Assembly: GCA_963662285.2 (NCBI GenBank)
Contig: CAXXMV010000003.1
Span: 96,001 to 160,000, forward strand
DNA: 64,000 nt
Direction: 5' to 3'
Origin: a bacterium
GTDB lineage: Bacteria; Hinthialibacterota; Hinthialibacteria; Hinthialibacterales; Hinthialibacteraceae
Made by a program: the position numbers and the translations under genes. Positions 59,305 through 64,000 of the stretch are shown piece by piece (position 1 is the first letter of the stretch; each line of letters opens with the position of its first letter). The notes under the pieces are model-generated. The model saw nothing but the letters and a program-made list of their open reading frames with translations. It did no database searches and was not told the origin of the DNA.

Positions 59305-59361
59305 ATCAAGGGCTGGACACAATGCGTTCTTGCCCTTGGCGCCTGCTCTCCTTGGCACCCG
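59305..59361 (+). repeat. Family C (degenerate) with duplicated 3' arm
   Basis: ATCAAGGGCTGGACACAATGCGTTCTTGCCCTTGGC...CCTTGGCACCCG. Confidence 0.75.
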
Positions 59362-59368
59362 TATCGCT

Positions 59369-62101
59369 TTACTGCCATCTGTTCTTAAGTTGAACCGGTT
59401 CAATTACAACTCCACAGAGCATTGCTTTATCTACTATTGGCGTAAGTATAATATCTAATTCTCCATCAGATATTTCAATGGGATATGATAGGATAAGAGC
59501 CTGATTGCCTTTGCCTGCCCGTTGTACGATATCGATGCGCTCTTTTACTAGAGGTATTGGTGAACGCTTATCCCGTGGAGTCGTCATAATACGTAGATCG
59601 AATACTCTTTGTCCCGATTGCGTAAATTTTGGATCAGCGAACAACAGGTTGAGGTTATATTTTCCCGCAGGTAGATATTCGGCTTGGAACGGCGTTGGTT
59701 GAAGGCGGGCGGTTTTGTTGCAGATAATGCCCGTACTGCAAATTTCCCTGGTTGATGCATTCAGACCAGTGATCTGATTATCCGTTTGGAAGGTTTGCAG
59801 CCCGGTCTCTTTTTTTCCCAGACCAACCCACCAGTCGGAGTTCTTATCAACCATGAAGGTATGATGTCCTGAAGCCTGGGCTAGAGGGTCATGTTGGGTT
59901 GGTTGGTAATTGATACGGATCGGTTCGAGCTGCAGCGCTTGACGCTGCGCCATGAAATATGGCATCCAGCGCAAATTAAGTGAAACCAATACGCCCTTTT
60001 CTCCGGTTGATATGCCGCCCAGGGATGATAAGCGGGCGTAATCCTTGATAACCGCTTCGGGATCGCATCGCTCAAGCGCATTGTACATTTGGGCGATTTG
60101 AAATTTTTTGGCGTATTGCTTACAACTGTCCAACGCCGTTTGGCTTTCATAGAAACGGATGCAGAATTTTTCCAGCATTATATAGTATTGAAAGCGTTCC
60201 TTCGCTTTATCGTTCATTAATGATGGATCAACATTTTGCAGAAGCGCCAGCCGCCCCCGGCATCCCTTGATCATGGCTTCAGCATCTTTCAATGGGAGGT
60301 CTATAAAACGGTCAGTGGTTTCACGGCCAAACATGGGGCCTTCAGTTACCCAGCTATTTAGATATTGACCCATATTTATGCGGTAATCTGGTCCGAAATT
60401 GCTCTCAGCCATATTTAAGCAAGTCTCTTTAACTGGTTCGTCTTTAGTACGGCGCCAGACCTGTTGCGCCATATTTTTGAAATAAAGATCAAGCGGACGG
60501 GTAGTCCAATGGATAATGCCCAGGCTGGTGAACTTATTCTGCTGCATGTAAGAAGCATAGTTGGCAAATGGCGTATAAGGGCGTCCGATGTAAGTATGGT
60601 CGTCATGATGCGCCCAGACGATTGGCGCGACATCCCGTTTCCGGCTGGTCTGCGCTACTTGGTTGGTTACGTCTTCATTGGTCAGGTGAACCGAATAATC
60701 CAGCGGCAGCAGTTTAACCTCTTCGGGCAGGAAGGTATGAGCATCTGGCAGGAAATCGAACCCCCAACTTCCAGCGGATAGGGAGACGTCATCGCGTCCG
60801 ATCTCTTTCAATATGCTTCGCATGGCCTGCGCTATCTTGCCTATAGCGAAAAGGCTGGCGCTTTCCATTGAGTCTTTTACTTCCGGCTTTTCTTTAAGGA
60901 TGGCTTGGTATTGCTCTTTCCAATCATTGGGGAAATCTTCCTGTTTTATGGCTCTCCAGATAGTCCAGGGATTATTCATGCTGGCGCGGCGGAACCAGAT
61001 GGCTATTTGATCTATCTGAGGATAATGATTCAGCAATGCGCTGATGCGTGATTTATAATAGGCGTATCCTTCTGGCGCGTCGGGATTGGCGACCTGCGCA
61101 TCTTTAACCTTAATTCGGGCATGATCCGGCAGGGTGTTGATGATGTTCTGTGGATTTGCGCTATAGGTATCAACGTCTATAGCGTATATAACGTCCATAC
61201 CTCTGGATTCAGCGAAGGAGAAGGTCTTTTGCATTAAACTTATGGCCGCTGAGCTGCGTTGCTCATCTGGAACTTGCGCTGCGCTCGAACCATATACCGG
61301 ACTATCAAAAACACCTTTCCCACCGATTATCCGTCGCACGTCATTGACGTGTTGCGCTCCCCAATCGCGTCCTTTTTGAGTTGTGGTGAGATAGCCGACA
61401 GGTTTTTGTAAACCGTTATGGGTGAATGTCGCTATGGGATTATTGCCATAGGCGTGAACCATGATGGCGTTGTATCTCATCTTGGATAGTTGGGTTATCC
61501 ATTTCCGCCAGTCATCAAGGTCCCAGGATGAGCAGCCGCTCATGAAATTGTGCCAGTTGAGGACGAAGCGTTCGGCGAAGATGGGGCTGTCTTTGAGGTT
61601 CCATGCCGCAAAATCGAATTTAACATTTTGGGGCGAGGGCGCTGCGTCGTAGGATAGATAAAACCCATAACCCAGTTCTTCCAGTAAAGCGTAAACTCCA
61701 TATAGCGTTCCGCGCGGATCCGCCCCCGCTATGAACCCAATGTTTTTATGATTAACTTTGGCCGTTGTTACAACATAACTATCAGTGATCTTTAAATCAT
61801 TTACGGCAATATAATCGCGTATTACAGGCCTGTTTTTGGTCCCAATAACTATGCATGAATCTTGCGGCATGTTGTTTTGGATGGAGAAATCGGCGTTGGG
61901 GTAAATAGTTTTCAGGCAACGACTCAGTTCATCAGCTGCAAAGCGCTCTAACTCACTAGCCGGGCCTGGGACTACTATAGGGATGTTTTGTTGGGGGATA
62001 TGCGCTGTTTTATGTTGCGCTGGAACGCATGAATATAAAAATGCTGTGTATAAAGCAAATAAGAAAAATAAGCCAGATTTCTTGATGAATTTTTTTTCCA
62101 T
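59369..62101 (-). CDS. Putative lipoprotein: GH67/GH20-like N-terminal domain, unknown barrel and C-terminal malectin-like domain
   Basis: Lipobox LYSC, RGTLYGVYALLE, and GKYNLNLLFADP...GQRVFD...IDI malectin signature. Confidence 0.72.
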   Translation of the reverse strand: MEKKFIKKSGLFFLFALYTAFLYSCVPAQHKTAHIPQQNIPIVVPGPASELERFAADELSRCLKTIYPNADFSIQNNMPQDSCIVIGTKNRPVIRDYIAVNDLKITDSYVVTTAKVNHKNIGFIAGADPRGTLYGVYALLEELGYGFYLSYDAAPSPQNVKFDFAAWNLKDSPIFAERFVLNWHNFMSGCSSWDLDDWRKWITQLSKMRYNAIMVHAYGNNPIATFTHNGLQKPVGYLTTTQKGRDWGAQHVNDVRRIIGGKGVFDSPVYGSSAAQVPDEQRSSAAISLMQKTFSFAESRGMDVIYAIDVDTYSANPQNIINTLPDHARIKVKDAQVANPDAPEGYAYYKSRISALLNHYPQIDQIAIWFRRASMNNPWTIWRAIKQEDFPNDWKEQYQAILKEKPEVKDSMESASLFAIGKIAQAMRSILKEIGRDDVSLSAGSWGFDFLPDAHTFLPEEVKLLPLDYSVHLTNEDVTNQVAQTSRKRDVAPIVWAHHDDHTYIGRPYTPFANYASYMQQNKFTSLGIIHWTTRPLDLYFKNMAQQVWRRTKDEPVKETCLNMAESNFGPDYRINMGQYLNSWVTEGPMFGRETTDRFIDLPLKDAEAMIKGCRGRLALLQNVDPSLMNDKAKERFQYYIMLEKFCIRFYESQTALDSCKQYAKKFQIAQMYNALERCDPEAVIKDYARLSSLGGISTGEKGVLVSLNLRWMPYFMAQRQALQLEPIRINYQPTQHDPLAQASGHHTFMVDKNSDWWVGLGKKETGLQTFQTDNQITGLNASTREICSTGIICNKTARLQPTPFQAEYLPAGKYNLNLLFADPKFTQSGQRVFDLRIMTTPRDKRSPIPLVKERIDIVQRAGKGNQALILSYPIEISDGELDIILTPIVDKAMLCGVVIEPVQLKNRWQ

Positions 62102-62213
62102 GACCAATTGTCTCTCTTCTGAAAATATACCGATATAAATTTGTTGTACTGATCATATTACGAATGCTTTATGTATTGAAAGGGGTAAGAACTTTTCATG
62201 TTGAAGTAAAATG

Positions 62214-62255
62214 AAAAAAGCCCTCAAACCTGAATTGATGGATTTGAGGGCTTTT
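62214..62255 (-). terminator. Intrinsic terminator
   Basis: AAAAGCCCTCAAA / TTTGAGGGCTTTT. Confidence 0.8.
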
Positions 62256-62275
62256 GATAATTAATTGAAAGTCTA

Positions 62276-64000
62276 TTAGTGAATAGGCCAGTTTGGAACA
62301 GGTACTGGTACGGTTTCATCGAACCAATAGAATCCCGTTGATGTACCTATGACTAAATCATCCCAATATAGTACATTGACGGTTTCTCCATTTAATCCGG
62401 CGCTGTAGAGGGCCCAGGTGTTGGTTGGTACGTCGAATTGATAAACGTCCTGGTCTACTCCGACATAAACTTTTGATCCGGCGTCATTGGTTTCTATGGC
62501 GGTAAAATGACCGCCGATTGGAGCTCCGGGCAGCATGGTTAAATCGGTTTCCCCGATAACATTTAATCCAGAAGCATCATATTCAAGCCGCAATACGATT
62601 CCGGTTCCCGGATTAATTTGCAGGGTCATATATTGGAAGGACGGATTGACCGGGTCTTGGGCTAAGTCAGTGGCGATGCCCATGTAGGGGCCGCTGGTAT
62701 TAACCACCTGTTGCCAGGTGGCGCCGAAATCGTCCGTTACCCATAAACCCGTGTTGGTGGTAGAAGGGAAATCCCGTTCATGGCCGACAGCTGCGTATAT
62801 TAAATGTGAACCTACGACTTCAATCGCGTTTGGGAATACGGCGCTCAGGTTGGTAATAGTCCAGGTTTGCCCACGGTCATCGCTGCGTAAGATGATTCCA
62901 TCATTGCCCTCTTCGGTGAAACCTAAAGACGCATATACCGTGTTGCTTCCAGCGGCGTGATCAATATCGCTGACCATAGAACGGCTTTCTATCGGAGATG
63001 CCATCCAATGGAATACCTCTCGCCAGGTTAAGCCGCCATCATCCGTCTTGTATATGGACTCATTGTTGTCGCCAGCCAGAAATTCTGTAGTACTGTCCAG
63101 CAGTATAGCAACCGCTGATAGGGGAGGGCCGCCGTTCCCTTGGGGGAAGACCGGATAATTCCAGTCAGCTGGCGTAGGTGGTTTTTGAAATACGTTAGTG
63201 ATAGCAAGACCGCTCTTACTGGCGACTATGGCGACGTCTTTAGTGAATTTATCTACATCTACATCATAAACGCTTACTGCTTCTATACCGTTATTGCGCT
63301 CTTCAAAAGTCATTCCTCCGTCGAGTGAAACAGAGACGCCGACATCGCTGGCGATAAAGATAATGTTAGGATCGTCGGGATCGAAAGTCAGTGCTCCATC
63401 ATTGACATGGGTTCCGCTGATGGTGTCTGGATGAGGCGCCCAGGTTCCGCTGGCGACATCATAGGTGTTAGCGGTAGTCCACATCAGGCCGCTGTGGAAT
63501 TGAATCTGCTGGGGATAGCGATGCTCGAATGAAAGAGGCGTAATATCTACCCATGTCGCTGGATCAAGAAAAGATTGGTTTTCGTATATAGTAGCTTGGG
63601 CGGAATCTCCCGCAATATAAACGTAGCCTATATGATTGGGGTCTTCAGCTATAACTTCGATAGAAGTTGTTATGAGAGGCGGCAGCGTGACAGGCGCCCA
63701 GGTCGCACCGGCATCGACCGAAACAAAAAGGGCATTAGTTGCAACGGTAGGATGCATCATATCATTCATTACGGCGAATATAGTGTTTGGATCGCCGGGC
63801 CGCGAGGCCATAGAAGATATTCCCATATCTGGAGGGGATGGATTAACGATATGTTGAGTCCAGTCGGCTGGATTGCCTGTGGGATTAAAATACGCTACGC
63901 CGTTGCTGCATCCAGCCATTAAACGGGTTCCATCGTGTTGCAGTGATGTGATCATTTCTCCGGTATAAACTGGCGTTGCTGGATTAAGAATTGGCGTCCA
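62276..64000 (-). CDS. BNR/Asp-box beta-propeller protein, 5'-truncated by the window edge
   Basis: Repeats SVDAGATW, SLDGGMTF, TDDGGLTW, SDDRGQTW and TDDFGATW; frame open to 64000; ends VPVPNWPIH. Confidence 0.85.
   Translation of the reverse strand, partial: WTPILNPATPVYTGEMITSLQHDGTRLMAGCSNGVAYFNPTGNPADWTQHIVNPSPPDMGISSMASRPGDPNTIFAVMNDMMHPTVATNALFVSVDAGATWAPVTLPPLITTSIEVIAEDPNHIGYVYIAGDSAQATIYENQSFLDPATWVDITPLSFEHRYPQQIQFHSGLMWTTANTYDVASGTWAPHPDTISGTHVNDGALTFDPDDPNIIFIASDVGVSVSLDGGMTFEERNNGIEAVSVYDVDVDKFTKDVAIVASKSGLAITNVFQKPPTPADWNYPVFPQGNGGPPLSAVAILLDSTTEFLAGDNNESIYKTDDGGLTWREVFHWMASPIESRSMVSDIDHAAGSNTVYASLGFTEEGNDGIILRSDDRGQTWTITNLSAVFPNAIEVVGSHLIYAAVGHERDFPSTTNTGLWVTDDFGATWQQVVNTSGPYMGIATDLAQDPVNPSFQYMTLQINPGTGIVLRLEYDASGLNVIGETDLTMLPGAPIGGHFTAIETNDAGSKVYVGVDQDVYQFDVPTNTWALYSAGLNGETVNVLYWDDLVIGTSTGFYWFDETVPVPVPNWPIH

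Overview
64 kb of bacterial chromosome with about 40 protein genes and no rRNA, tRNA or CRISPR array detected. The gene content is that of a glycan and sulfate degrader: GH95 fucosidase, L-fucose isomerase, two Tat-exported sulfatases, two PIG-L deacetylases, a glutaminase-A/DUF4965 protein, DUF4838, a GH-like/malectin lipoprotein, and SSS and NRAMP transporters. It also carries an orphan gyrA, a second EF-G, two sigma54-driven chemoreceptors, ltaE, and one complete ISL3 with an 8-bp target duplication that disrupts a secreted-protein gene. The GFTLIELLIVVAIIGILAAIAVPNFLNAQ pilin and the short PVxxWxL[YH] C-terminal tails recall Ca. Hinthialibacterota (OLB16)/Sumerlaeota-type genomes; this is recollection, not a verified assignment. 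Most notable observations: (1) two tandem 479-aa secreted paralogs each have a predicted mRNA 5' end complementary to a conserved 21-mer just before the terminator, suggesting a whole-gene RNA panhandle or a pair of inverted recombination sites; (2) a stand-alone, promoter-to-terminator, highly structured ~220-nt candidate ncRNA lies next to them; (3) three secreted proteins share a candidate C-terminal sorting signal; (4) G/C strand bias switches near 24.2 kb at a dif-like 28-mer, and every repeat family found on both sides flips orientation between 11.4 and 24.3 kb; (5) a ShosTA-like PRTase-DprA locus contains a decayed toxin-antitoxin pair; (6) an AT-rich orphan nucleotidyl-cyclase-like gene is flanked by repeats. 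All family calls rest on motif recognition by eye; no database searches were run.
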